Assembly: GCA_951406725.2 (NCBI GenBank)
Contig: OX597833.1
Coordinates: forward strand, 21,700,001-21,764,000
DNA length: 64,000 nt
Reading direction: 5' to 3'
Source of the DNA: Octopus vulgaris
Lineage: Eukaryota
Numbering within the stretch: position 1 is the first letter of the stretch; each line of letters begins with the position of its first letter. Positions 39,351 through 51,185 of this stretch are shown piece after piece. The notes under the pieces were generated by a model. It was not told the DNA's origin. It saw only the letters and a program-made list of their open reading frames with translations, and made no database searches. The translations under genes were made by a program, and so were the position numbers.

Positions 39351-40036
39351 GAACTAATGAAACTATTAGTTGTAATAAAAAGAAAACCTCTTAACCAGGA
39401 TATTAGTGAGAAAAAGAAGACGAAAAAACGAAAATTAACAGGAAATCTGTTTATCTCTTTTAAAGTTGAGGACTTGGACATTCAAAGACTCAGGAACTCT
39501 CAACTAATAAAAGAACACATCTCAAGAAGTGTTTAAATTTACACAAAACAAAGAGAGAAAAAAAGAAGATATTTAAGTGATCTTAATCGAAGAGAAAGTA
39601 AGAGGAGAAAAGAAAAGGAAAACAGGACTTTCTATAGAAACAATGATTTTTTTTGTATTGGCACAAGGCCATATGTTTTGAAGGATAGTCAAGTGGATTG
39701 ATCTCTAAGACAGGAAAAGAAAAATCAACATCAACAAAAGAACACTAGAGAACAAAGAAAAAAACTAAATGATGGTCTCATGCAGGGCCCTGTTAAAAGC
39801 ATCAGGGCTCTCCTTTAATCATGACACAGGTTCATATTTATGAATTAAAGTACACTTTGTAGGTGCAGGTTTGGTTGTGTGGTAAGAAGTTTGCTTCCCA
39901 ACAAGAAGGTGCTCAGTTCAGTCCTACTGTGTGCAACTTTGAGCAAGTATTTTCTACTATAATACTGAGCCCAGCCAAAGCCTTGTGAGTGGATTTGGTA
40001 GACAGAAGCTGAAAGAAGCCCATCATATGTATGTGC

Positions 40037-40072
<36 letters not shown>

Positions 40073-40410
40073 ATGTGTGTGTTTGCGTATGTGTGTTGAT
40101 TTTTCCTTGCGTTGTCATTGTATGATATAAACAAGTGCAACTGGTCTTAGTTTCAAATCTTCCATAAAAATGTCTGGTTGTTGGGGATATATTATTACCT
40201 CACTTGAAAACAAGTAAGGGTTGGCAACAGGAAAGGTGTCCAGTCATAGAAATCTACCTCAACAAATTCTGTTGAACCCATGCAAGTATGAAAAATGTGG
40301 ATGTTAAAAAACAATGATGACAATGATAATGAAAGCCAGCCTATAAAAGCACTTTGCTTTGTTTGACACACTACCATTTCTGCTTTGAACTAATCCTCTA
40401 AGGGCTTTCT

Positions 40411-40962
40411 TTAAAACCCTTTTGATACCAAACTGCCTAAGACCAACTCATGGTTCTATGATAAAATCTTCCCATTTTAAAATGATTCATGGCTTAGTGG
40501 TTAAAGCATCGAACTCACAGTCATGAGGTATGAGTTTGATACCCAAAACAGGCTGTGTGTTGTGTTCTTGGGCAAGACACTTTATTTCACGTTGCTCCAG
40601 TTCACTCAGCTGTAGAAATGAGCTGCGGTGTCACTGGCCCAAGCTGTATCAGCCCCTTTGCCTTTCCTTTGGATAACATCAGTGGTGCAGGGAAGGGAGG
40701 CTGGAATGCATGATTGACTGCTGGTCTTCCATAAACAACCTTACCCGGATTTGTACCTTGCAGGGTAACTTTCTAGGTGCAATCCCATGGTCATTCATGA
40801 CCAAAGGATGTCTTTAACTCTATGCATACATTAAAACCTTCCATGAAAATTTTATGTTAATTTACGTTCCAAATACCAGTTTAATAACAACAAAGTTATT
40901 TCACTGAATTCTTCATTTTTTTCAAAATCCATTGAAGCAGAAATATGTTCATTGAAGGGTTA
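40411..40962. mobile_element. piggyBac-like MITE with a nested tRNA SINE (40489-40820)
   Basis: CCCTTTTGATACCA start and GAAGGG-TTAA end, similar to 44482-44703. A SINE head ATGGCTTAGTGGTT lies inside. Confidence 0.6.
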
Positions 40963-41013
40963 ATAGTGGTGTGCATCTGTAGTAAGCACTTTAGAACAAA
41001 CGGTAATTGCAAG

Positions 41014-41325
41014 ATGAACTGTGTCAGTGAACAGAGACAGTGATCTGTATCAATGAATCAAATTGGTGAACTGTGTCAGTGAGCCAGGTTATTCAGCTGT
41101 GTCAGTGAACAGAGACAGTGATCGAAGTCAGTGATCTGTATCAATGAATCAAATCAGTGAACTGTGTCAGTGAGCCAGGTTATTCAGCTGTGTCAGTGAA
41201 AAAGGACAGTGAATGAAGTCAGTGATCTGTATCAATGAATCAAATTGGTGAACTGCATTAGTGAACCAAATTCACAAGCTGTTTTAGTGAGTTGTATCAG
41301 AGAATCTAGATAGTGAACCAAGTAA
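41014..41325. repeat. 13-bp minisatellite, 24 monomers with 78/91-bp higher-order period
   Basis: Monomers such as GTGAACTGTGTCA, GTGAACAGAGACA, GTGATCTGTATCA and ATGAATCAAATTG stay in exact 13-bp register. Confidence 0.9.
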
Positions 41326-42583
41326 GTGAGATGGCTTCAATGCTCTTAATAATACACTTGACATGAGCATCATTGCTTCCAATTTGAACTCTTCATAAAG
41401 CAGCTCAAAGTAATCAGGTGCTTTTTGGATAGTTTGATCCAGGGGAGGAGACTGTGTTGATGGCCTTCTCAGGTTCTCAAGAGGCAGGTGAGATCAACAC
41501 AAGTATATATTCCTCGTGTACAGCTGCAAGTCGACAGTTGATAGAAGGGCAATTGTAAGGGAGGGGGCAAGTTAATTACATCAACCCTAGGGTTCAACTG
41601 ACTTATTTTATTGACCCCTTTACCCCAAAATTTCAGGCACAAGACCTGAAATTTTTAGGCAAAGTGTTAGTACATTACATCAACCCACCAATGCTCATCT
41701 GGTACTTATTTCATCAACTCTGAAGATATGAAATGCAAAGTCGACCACAGCAGAATTTTGAACTCAGAAAGTAAAGACATACGAAATGCTGATAAACATT
41801 TTGTCTGGCATGTTGACAATTCCTCTAGCTTGCTGCTTTGATAATGGCTTCATAATAATATCATAAGACCACAAATCAGTAAGAGATTCATGCATTAAAG
41901 GTTTAATTAATTAATAGGTAATTCTCCTTTTTCTCTGTGTGTCTTATAAATTTGTTTCAAATTTTCATGAGGCGAAGGATTAGTCAGTTACATCAGCCCC
42001 AGTACTCAACTGGTACTTATTTTATCTATCCTAGAAGGATGAAGGGTAAAGTACACCTCAGTAAAATTTCAACTCAGAACATAGCCACAAGGGATGCCAC
42101 TAAGCCTTTTGTTTGAAGTGCTAGCAGCCCTGCAAGGGGTTAGTTGATTAAATCTAATTCTAACTCTAATATCAGATTGGCACTTTATTTTTACCAGCCC
42201 TGATAGATGAAGAAGGAAAGAAGGGATGATGGAAATTCTATGGTGAAAAAAAATCAAACAGCATTTCAACTTTGTGTGAGTATATGTAAATGGGAGGTAT
42301 GTGAATGTTTGTGTGTGTGTGCAAGTGGGATGGTGAACATTCAACGCTAAAAAGAAAAATCAAACAGCCTTTCAACTCTGTGTGAATATGTGTGCATGTC
42401 CAAAGGAAATATGTGTGAACCGGGATTCTTTCAGTAACAAACGATGATTGATGCCATATCTCAAAATACAACCACTAGATAACATTGCCAAGTGTATTAA
42501 TTTGAATTACTATCCATATTCTCTCTTTTGTCCTTATTTATATATAAAATACTACAATTAGCCAGCTAGTATAATATAATATA

Positions 42584-42930
42584 TGAGGTCTGATCAAAAA
42601 ATATCAGGACTGTTATTATGGTAACAGAGCTAAAAGATGCAGATTGAAGCTACTGGGCATAGATTGACCTTGAACTCTGTTGCATATGCACACTAAGTTA
42701 TAATATCCTCATTCACTTCCATTGTTTATAGCAATGCTTGGAAGTAAAGTGTGTAGAGTGGGATCATCTCAAAAAAGATTAGGTTTCAGTAGCACAGGAT
42801 ATCCTTGACTGCATCAAGAAAGATGAAAACTTTTAGAGGGGAGGCAAATGATGGGTCTATAGCTATGACCCTTAAATCAAGGCTCAGTTCTTTTTTTTTT
42901 TTTTACAGTGGAATACCCACAAGGCATCAA
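42584..42930 (+). mobile_element. mariner left end and transposase remnant
   Basis: TA-TGAGGTCTGATCAAAA terminus. Fragments AQDILDCIKKDENF and WVYSYDP*IKAQ resemble the mariner WVY.YDPETK.QS motif. Confidence 0.7.
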
Positions 42931-43709
42931 GGAAAATGCCTTTCATCCTTTTGGGATCAATAAAATAAGTACTAGTGAAACACTGGAGTCAATCCTTCCC
43001 CTACAATTTCAGCCCTTGTGCCTACAGTAGAATGGATTATTATTATTATCATCATCATTATTATTTTTTGCAATACACACCATCAAAGCGACACTGGTGT
43101 ACAAATATGTGACGCACAATATACCCATCATGACTACTCATCTGATAAGGGTGCACCAGGCACATGTGTGTGACATGAAGACCTGATATTAAGTTAAACA
43201 GCACATGACATTGCAGGTGGGGCCCAGTTAGAATTTTCTTTAGGTCAAGTAGCCCATCCTGCTCAAAAGGTCTTTGAATAAGGGTTGTTTAACCCTTCTG
43301 ATGCCAACCCAGCTGAAACCACCTCTGGCTCTGTAGTACAAATGCAATGAGGTAGCTGCTCATTATCCCAAACCAGAGGAGTTTCGAGAATGCTTCCATC
43401 AATGGAACCAATGCTGGGAAAAAGGGTGTGGCTTCAGAACAGGACTACTTTGAAGGAGATTAAATATGCCAAATAAACTGATATGCATTGTAGTTTTCTT
43501 TTTATAATCCCAGTTCTCATCCTTTTTCATCAGACCTCAGAATATGACACTGGGAGTAGCCATAGAGTAAAAACAAAAGAAACTATCTCAAGATTTAATA
43601 AGGAGGAGTGTGGAGTGGAGGCAATCTTAAGTAGTTAACAGTAGGAAGACACTGCATGCTGTTTCTATTTAGCTCTTCAGATGTCCATTTGCTGAGATAG
43701 CCAGCCTCA

Positions 43710-43736
<27 letters not shown>

Positions 43737-43740
<4 letters not shown>

Positions 43741-43930
43741 ACCCAAACATGAAAACACAACAACGCGAGGACATGGAACAAATATAGTATTATTGGACGC
43801 TCAGGAAGGAAGGAAAGAGGGAGGGTTTAACGTTTCGAGTGGAGCTCTTCGTCAGAAACATTAGGAAAAGGAAAGATCCAAAGAAGGGAAGACAGAGGGA
43901 AAAAATCGCCAATGGTACACACGCGGTCAC
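43737..43930 (-). mobile_element. Family A hammerhead element, copy 3
   Basis: (TA)n on both sides. Homologous to 3619-3805. Confidence 0.8.
43825..43859 (-). ncRNA. Minimal type I hammerhead with intact core
   Basis: Reverse complement reads GTTT-CTGACGA-A-GAG(ctcca)CTC-GAA-ACGT-T-AAAC. Confidence 0.8.
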
Positions 43931-44481
43931 ATATATATATATATATATATAACCGTCTTTCTTGTTTCCCACACTGACTTTTCAGATTAAGAAAGACAGT
44001 TCTGGGAGTGTTTTTATTTGTGCATGTATACATGAATGTGTGTGAATATGTTCGTGTGTGTGTGTGTGTGCATGTTTTAATGATGAGGAAGCAGTGGTGG
44101 TGGTGGTAGTATTTGTAGTAGTAGCAGCAACAGCAGCTGTTGCAGCTATGTTAGAAGTGGTGGTGATGGTGGCAGTGGTAGTAGTAGTAGGGGTGATAGT
44201 GGTGTGAGTAGTAGGGGTGCTGGTAGTGGTGACTGTAGTAGAAGTAATAATAGTAGTGGTAGGGGCAGTGGTTGTGGTAGTAGTGGTGCTGGTATTATCA
44301 AGATGGCAAGGCGAAATGATAAGGGTGCACAAGGCACAGGCTTCATTACCATATGTGTGTGACATGATGACCTCATATTAAGTTAAACAGCACATGACAT
44401 TGCAGGTGGGGCCCAGTTAGAATTTTCTTTAGGTCAAGTAGCCCATCCTGCTCAAAAGGTCTTTGAATAAGGGTTGTTTAA

Positions 44482-44703
44482 CCCTTTTGATACCAACCTG
44501 GCTGAAACCACCTCTGGCTCTGTAGTACAAATGTCTTGTTTTCATAAGTTTTAAATTAAAATTTTCCACCAAACCTTAGTCACAATTTATGTTCCTAACA
44601 CCAGCTTAATGATAACTAAGTTATTTTACTAAATTCTATGTTATATTTAAAATTAATTGAAAGAAACACAGAGCATCTTAAAATAAATGCGGTAACGGAA
44701 GGT
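44482..44703. mobile_element. piggyBac-like MITE inserted at TTAA within the (AAT)n-associated element
   Basis: TTAA is duplicated (44478-81 and 44704-07). The empty site GGGTTGTTTAAGGA is seen in the paralogue at ~32221. Confidence 0.85.
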
Positions 44704-45039
44704 TTAAGGATGATGAACAAAACACCCATGTTTCCAGAGATGAATTATCCAAACTCCAAAGAATTCCTCTCAACACATAGTTATGATGCTCCCCCACTAC
44801 TTCTGCTCGTGATCAGAGATGCACATATCGTCAGCCATTAAGGGACATGGTCAACTGGTTATGGTCAAACAACTGACAAGCAAATCTGTGGTATTGAGCA
44901 GAATACTTGCGGTAGCCCATCTTTTATACCAAGACAAAACAATGTACATGATAACACTGCCAATTAGTTACAATCTGAAGTCATGAGAGCCACTGCATGG
45001 TACTGCATCAGAGAGTAGTAGCAGTAATTTTTGTTGTTA

Positions 45040-45449
45040 CTCTCTTTTACTCTTTTACTTGTTTCAGTCATTTGACTGCGGCCATGCTGGAGCACCACCT
45101 TTAGTCAAGCAAACCGACCCCGGGACTTATTCTTTGTAAGCCCAGTACTTATTCTATCGGTCTCTTTTGCCGAACCGCTAAGTGACGGGGACGTAAACAC
45201 ACCAGCATCGGTTGTCAAGCAATGCTAGGGGGACAAACACAGACACGCAAACATATACACACACATACATATATATATACATATATACGACAGGCTTTTT
45301 TACAGTTTCCGTCTACCAAATCCTATCACAAGGCATTGGTCGGCCCGAGGCTATAGCAGAAGTCACTTGCCCAAGATGCCACGCAGTGGGACTGAACCCG
45401 GAACCATGTGGTTGGTAAGCAAGCTACTTACCACACAGCCACTCCTGCG
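45040..45449 (-). mobile_element. Young full-length CORE-like SINE (family 1)
   Basis: Near-identical to the reverse complement of 668-1066, with CpGs retained. Confidence 0.9.
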
Positions 45450-45970
45450 TGCACATGGTAAAATTGGCAAGGCAATTTGAAATTGCAAGCCATTCTGCTG
45501 ATTGGCTGGTCTTACTCTCTGTCACTATTATTACTGTTAATGGTGATGATGATGATGATATCCTACAGTTAGTTTCTTTCAACAAAACAATCACCTCTTT
45601 ACATTATCTGCCTTTGTGAAACACCCGTCTCAGCTGCAGCGATAATCTAGAAAGTTTTTCATGGTGACTCCACACACACATACAGACACACACACATACA
45701 TAAACGCACACATTGTGATATTTATAGAAATAGGGAAATAAAATTTGTTTCCTTTTTTTCTCAGTGTCACATGAATTAACATTTCAATTAACCAAACATT
45801 AGCAAAAAGTGGTGGTGGAGGAAGAACAGAGGCTTTTGGTCACTCCTGTTCTATATCACACACATATACACTTATATTAATTAATGTGTGTGTGTGTGTG
45901 TGTGTGTAAATTATGTACAACAATAAATGAAAAAAGACTTATATTTCATGCAGACATGCCATCAATATAT

Positions 45971-46189
45971 ATTTCTTTATTGCCTACAAGGGGTTAAACA
46001 CAGAGGGGACAAACAAGGACAGACAAACGGATTAAGTCGATTACATTGACCCCAGTGCATAACTGGTACTTAATTTATCGACCCCGAAAGGATGAAAGGC
46101 AAAGTCGACCTCGGCGGAATTTGAACCCAGAACGTAACGGCAGACGAAATACGGCTACGCATTTCACCCAGCGTCCTAAAATTTCTGCC
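45971..46189 (-). mobile_element. Meta-domain-like SINE
   Basis: Same unit as the 57219-57977 array. Confidence 0.85.
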
Positions 46190-47039
46190 ATCAATATAAC
46201 ACACTTAACCTTTTAGCATTCAGATTACTCTGGCAAATGTAATATTTATTCACATTGTTTTGAATGAATCATGCATTATCTCATAGCTTTGAAATTTTGA
46301 TGTGACAGTTAATTTTTAGAATGATCGTGTAGGGTAGGTGTGAGAGGCCAGACCCAGCTTCTTTTGTCTGTAAAATATATTACTTTCCAGTAAAATAAAG
46401 TTCCATAAGGGTAGAAGTATACATATAAAAACAGATGAGTGGTACAAGGCACCAATATTTTATTGAATGTTCTTCCTAATGGTAAGACAAATTTTTCATG
46501 TTTGTTGCACACACACGTCTTTGCTAGTATATATGCAGTGAAGCTTTACAATATATACATATAAACGACGGGCTTCTTTCAGTTTCCATGTACCAAATCC
46601 ACTCACAAGGCTTTGGTCGGCCCGAGGCTATAGTAGAAGACACTTGCCCAAGGTGCCATGCAGTGGGACTGAACCCGGAACCATGTGGTTGGTAAGCAAG
46701 CTACTTACCACACAGCCACTCCTGCGCCTATATATATACATATATAATATACATATATAATAATAATAATAATAATAATAATGATAATAATAATAATGAT
46801 AATAATAATAATAATAATAAATGCCCTGATGCAGTACCCGGGAGTGGCTCTCATGGCTTCTGATTTCAACTGATTGGAAGTGTTATCATGTATATTGTTC
46901 TGTCTTGGTATAAAAGATGGGCTACAGCAAATATTCTGCTCAATACCACAAATTTGCTTGTCAATTGTTTGACCGTAACCAGTTGACCATGTCCCTTAGT
47001 GGCTAACTATATGTGCATTTCTGATCAGGAGCAGGGTTT

Positions 47040-47467
47040 TTAATCCAGCCATATCCAGCCTAAATATTCTAACTATTTTACATTCAAACTGGCCACATCC
47101 TGCCTCTTACACCTACCCTACGATGTCATTCTAAAAATAATGACTGACATCTTTGAAATCTCAAAAGCATAAGGTAAGGCCTGATTAATTCAAAACAATG
47201 TGAATAAATCAACATTCATCATCATCATCATCGTCGTTTAGCGTCCGCTTTCCATGCTGGCATGGGTTGGACGGTGCAACTGGGGTCTGGGAAGCCAGAA
47301 GGCTGCACCAGGCCCAGTCTGATCTGGCAACGTTTCTACGGCTGGATGCCCTTCCTAGCGCCAACCACTCCGTGAGTGTAGTGGGTGCTTTTTACATGCC
47401 ACCAGCACAAGTGCCAGGGGAGGCTGGCAAATGGCCATGATCGGATAATCTGAATGTTAAAGGGTTA
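47040..47467. mobile_element. piggyBac-like MITE interrupted by a (GAT)n-tailed retroelement (47216-47447)
   Basis: MITE sequence resumes after the insert and ends AATGTTAAAGGG-TTAA. Confidence 0.7.
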
Positions 47468-48929
47468 AACACTGAAAGGCTATGGGGCTCCACCAAAATA
47501 AAATAGTAATGAAAGGGGTCAATAGATAAAAAAAAATGGTCAAAAACCCCTGGTCTACACCAATATTGCACCTTGTAAATTGCACTTAGTTGTTCAGACT
47601 GACTGTGGTACATGCCACAAGTCTGCCAATGACAGCACCCCTTACCAACAGCAACAGCAGCAATACTAAATCGACTGCTTTGATTTTGGCACTGTTGCGC
47701 TGTCAGGTGTCACCTATAAAAAAAAATGTCACGAACAGGGGTGGAGTGGGGGGAGCAAAACAAGTGAGACTTTCAGCAATGGTAACCCCCCTACTACCTT
47801 CAAGTCAAAATATGCTATCCCATTAGTTAAAGGTACACCTTGCCAGCTGCAATTGTTATAGTAGTAGTATCAGCATTATTATTATTATTATTATCATTAT
47901 TATTATTATTATATTATCATTATTATTATTATAATCGTTATCATTATTATTATTATCATCATCATCATTATTATCATTATTATTATTATTATTATTATTA
48001 TATTATTATTATTATTATTAGTAGTAGTAGTAGTAGTAGTAGTAGCATTTTTTTTTTTGGCTGATGGATGCTACTCCTTGTCAGGTTACATCTCTTTTTA
48101 CATTTGGCAACATGTCCCTGTTGACAGACAAACACAACTCTAAGTCTTCAAGTCTTTGTGTAACAAGGTGGAGATGGGTGGGGTGGGATGGGCAGACAGA
48201 AAGTGGAGGAGGGGAGGACGGAGAAGTGGTGTGTGTGTGTGTGTGTGTGAGGAAAAGAGAGAGAGAGAGAAAGGGGGAGTTATGTCCAAGCCTAAGCAAG
48301 CTTGTCCCCTGGGTCACAATCAGTGAGACAAAAGTGTCCTGGATGGTCCAGAGGAAGAGAGAAGGAGGCACTGCTGACCCTGAAAACATACCCAGCACAC
48401 AAAGTGGGAGTGTGCAGGATGATACCAAATCAATTTGAAATGGAATGGAATTTCCATGAAATCTGGATATGGTCTGGAACTCAAAAAACTAAAGAAAGGC
48501 CTGGCGAAAGGCATGGCAGCTGAAACCAGTGTGTCATGAATATGGTTTGTAAGAGACTGCAAGTGGAACCCTTCTACAGGTGAACACAAGTTCAATCCTC
48601 GCTGCCCCAAACAGGTGAAGCATACAGGCAAAGGTGGTGAAATGCTTGTGACCCTGAGATAGTCTATTGGCGACATGGAAGGGCTTGCAAAACCTCTGAG
48701 CAGCTCCTGCAGTTTCTGTGGGGCAAAGCACCCCTGATGTTTATTCCACCTGTGAAGAAAAGGAGGAGGAAGAAGATAACAAGTCAGAGGAGAAGAATGA
48801 TGAGACAGGGGAGGAGAGGGGAAGTGTAAGCTCAGTCCCACTGAGGTCAATTTTTGCCATGAAAGGAGGACTTCGATGAGATTTGAACTTAAAACACAAA
48901 AGAAGCTGAAATAATTGCTGCAAGACTTG

Positions 48930-48975
<46 letters not shown>

Positions 48976-48981
48976 TATGTG

Positions 48982-49014
<33 letters not shown>

Positions 49015-49103
49015 ATTATTAATAAATTCCAGGGTAGCAAAAAAAAATTTAGAAAATTTTTTTTCTTTTTTTGCTATCTATCGAGAAGAAAAAATTAGTC
49101 AAT

Positions 49104-49162
<59 letters not shown>

Positions 49163-50203
49163 AATAGACTATATATTATATTATTATATGTATATTATTC
49201 ATATAAAATGTACACTTTCTTTTTCTTTAAATTTTCTAGCATAGTGTATCTTGGAGTACATTAGCCAATGTGTTGCATGTCCAGTAAGTTCACTGTCATC
49301 AATTCATGGTTTTTTTTTTTTCTTTTGCAATTAGACGGTTTTTAACTATTAATGGTGAGACACTATGGATATATTTTCTCAGTAAATTTTCCTCACAGTG
49401 AACATTCTTCATGGTGAATTGATGGCGGTGAACTTACCTGTAATCTATGTGTTGATCCATTGTTAAACCCAGTCAATTTGCGATGTGAAGAAAGTATGGT
49501 TGCTATTTCTAGCAGACAGAGCAAAGGAGGGAGGCAGATGGCAGAGAGAGGAAAGAATAGCTTCGAAACAGCTGTATAATGGAAAGTATCACGTCTAACT
49601 GGTTGTTATGTTATTCTATCTTTGGTGGTGGTGGTGGTGGTGATGATGATGTTGATAGTTATAGTGATGGTAATGGTAGAAGTGGTGGCGATGGAGGTAT
49701 CTAGTGAAAGTGAAGGGGGTGATGAAAATGGTAGTGGTACAGGTGGAGGTGATTGAGGGAGAAGTGGAGGGAAACGTATAATTATAAATACAGAGAGAAG
49801 GAATGGGGTGGCGAGGAGGGTGAAACTAACTAAATATTGTCTAGGAAGTTTATCAACATTCTGTGTGCGTGCAAGCACACATGCGTGTATAAGCAATGGT
49901 GTGTATGTATAAGTTGCAATTATGATGGTGGTAGTGGCGGTGGTGTGTCTGTTGTGGGTATGTCTTGTTTCTGTGGTTGTTGCTGCTGTTTAGCCCTAGG
50001 TCAGCTCTGAATAAGCAAACTTATGATCAATAGCATTATACCCATGACCATCCTGTCTTTTATGCAGTTAACCCAAACTACACTGTCCAAATTGTGTTTT
50101 TCTTATTAAAAGGTACAATGTGATTTGAGAGAAATTTGGTTTCTATTGCTAGCAGGCTGAGCAAAAACAGGCTAATTAGCTTAATAATATGTGTGTATGT
50201 ATG

Positions 50204-50253
<50 letters not shown>

Positions 50254-50283
50254 CAAAATAAGCAACAAGGATATCCAGAGGTA

Positions 50284-50372
50284 ATGCAGTACAATCGTTT
50301 CATGCAACTCCATTTAATTGAACAATGCAAACATTACATCAATTTAAAATGTAGAGCAATCTTCAGCTGCAT
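50284..50372 (-). ncRNA. Type I hammerhead motif (family D, minus arm)
   Basis: Reverse complement reads ATGCAG-CTGAAGA-TTGCTCTA...TGGAGTTGCAT-GAA-ACGATTGT-A-CTGCAT. Confidence 0.75.
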
Positions 50373-50506
50373 AAAAATATAGAATTTAGTCAAATTCGAA
50401 GGACTCATTTGTATAATTCTTTATCCAAAATCACCAAGAAGATAAGGAGATTTTGGATAAAAAATTATACAAATGAGTCCTTCGAATTGAACTAAATTCT
50501 ATATTT

Positions 50507-50599
50507 TTATGCAGCTGAAGATTGCTCTACATTTTAAATTGATGTAATGTTTGTGTTGTTCAATTAAATGGAGTTGCATGAAACGATTGTACTGCATAA
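50507..50599 (+). ncRNA. Type I hammerhead motif (family D, plus arm)
   Basis: TTATGCAG-CTGAAGA-...-GAA-ACGATTGT-A-CTGCATAA. Helix I is 8 bp and the base of helix II is imperfect. Confidence 0.75.
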
Positions 50600-50698
50600 C
50601 CTCTGGATAGCCTTGTTGCTTATTTTGAAATTGTATGGATAATACCATACTAAAGTACTTAAGTACCATATTCATCTGAATCTAAATTTTACTGAACT

Positions 50699-50730
<32 letters not shown>

Positions 50731-50744
50731 CATATACACGCATA

Positions 50745-51185
50745 CAGGTTGTCTCAAAAATGTGTATACATATAGAATGATTATAAAGTTTGTGTTTTAT
50801 CAAAATACACTTCATTTTCCAAATTTAATAGAATCCACAGACTGAACTGAATTTAATCATGAACATCTGTTTTCAAAATGATGACTGTTCTGGTTCCAGA
50901 CACTGCTGATAACATGGGTTGATGGAGTAGCAAACATCAAGAAACATCTCATTCAGTATTTGTGCACATTGTTGTTCAATGTCTGCCCTCAGTTCATCGA
51001 CTTTTGCTGATTCGTATGGTAAACTCCATCTCTCAAGCATCCCCATAAAAATGTCCAGTGGTGTGTGAGGTCTGGTGAATACAGAGGGTATATTCTACTG
51101 AACCTCTTCATCCAAACCACCTGTTCAACAAAATCGTATCAAAATAGGTCCTTACAGTAGTGTAGAGGTGCCCCATCTTACTGTA
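50745..51185 (-). mobile_element. Tc1/mariner (DD37D-like) transposase remnant with terminus
   Basis: Minus strand gives DGAPLHY...RWFG*RGSVEY...SPDLT...DELRADIEQQCAQI...HFEN across frameshifts, with a TA-CAGGTTG terminus. Confidence 0.8.

Larger units (their letters stand above)
50253..50699. mobile_element. PLE-like fold-back element (family D): 180-bp inverted arms, each containing a hammerhead
   Basis: Arms 50253-50432 and 50449-50628 with a 16-nt spacer. The element is flanked by (TA)n. Confidence 0.85.

Noticed and set aside
46340-46530. Helitron 3' end (…NVLPNGKTN…CTAG)
   Set aside because: It ends in CTAG but has no convincing hairpin, and the peptide similarity is too short.
47575-47710. 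miRNA-like seeds (AATTGCAC, TTTGGCAC)
   Set aside because: No pre-miRNA hairpin, and the remainder does not match a mature miRNA I recognise.
48320-48976. 218-aa ORF in non-microsatellite sequence
   Set aside because: No recognisable domain, and it starts in a microsatellite. The region is more likely an old repeat UTR.
49565-49580. GAAACAGCTGTA hammerhead half-site
   Set aside because: No upstream CUGANGA or helix I partner.
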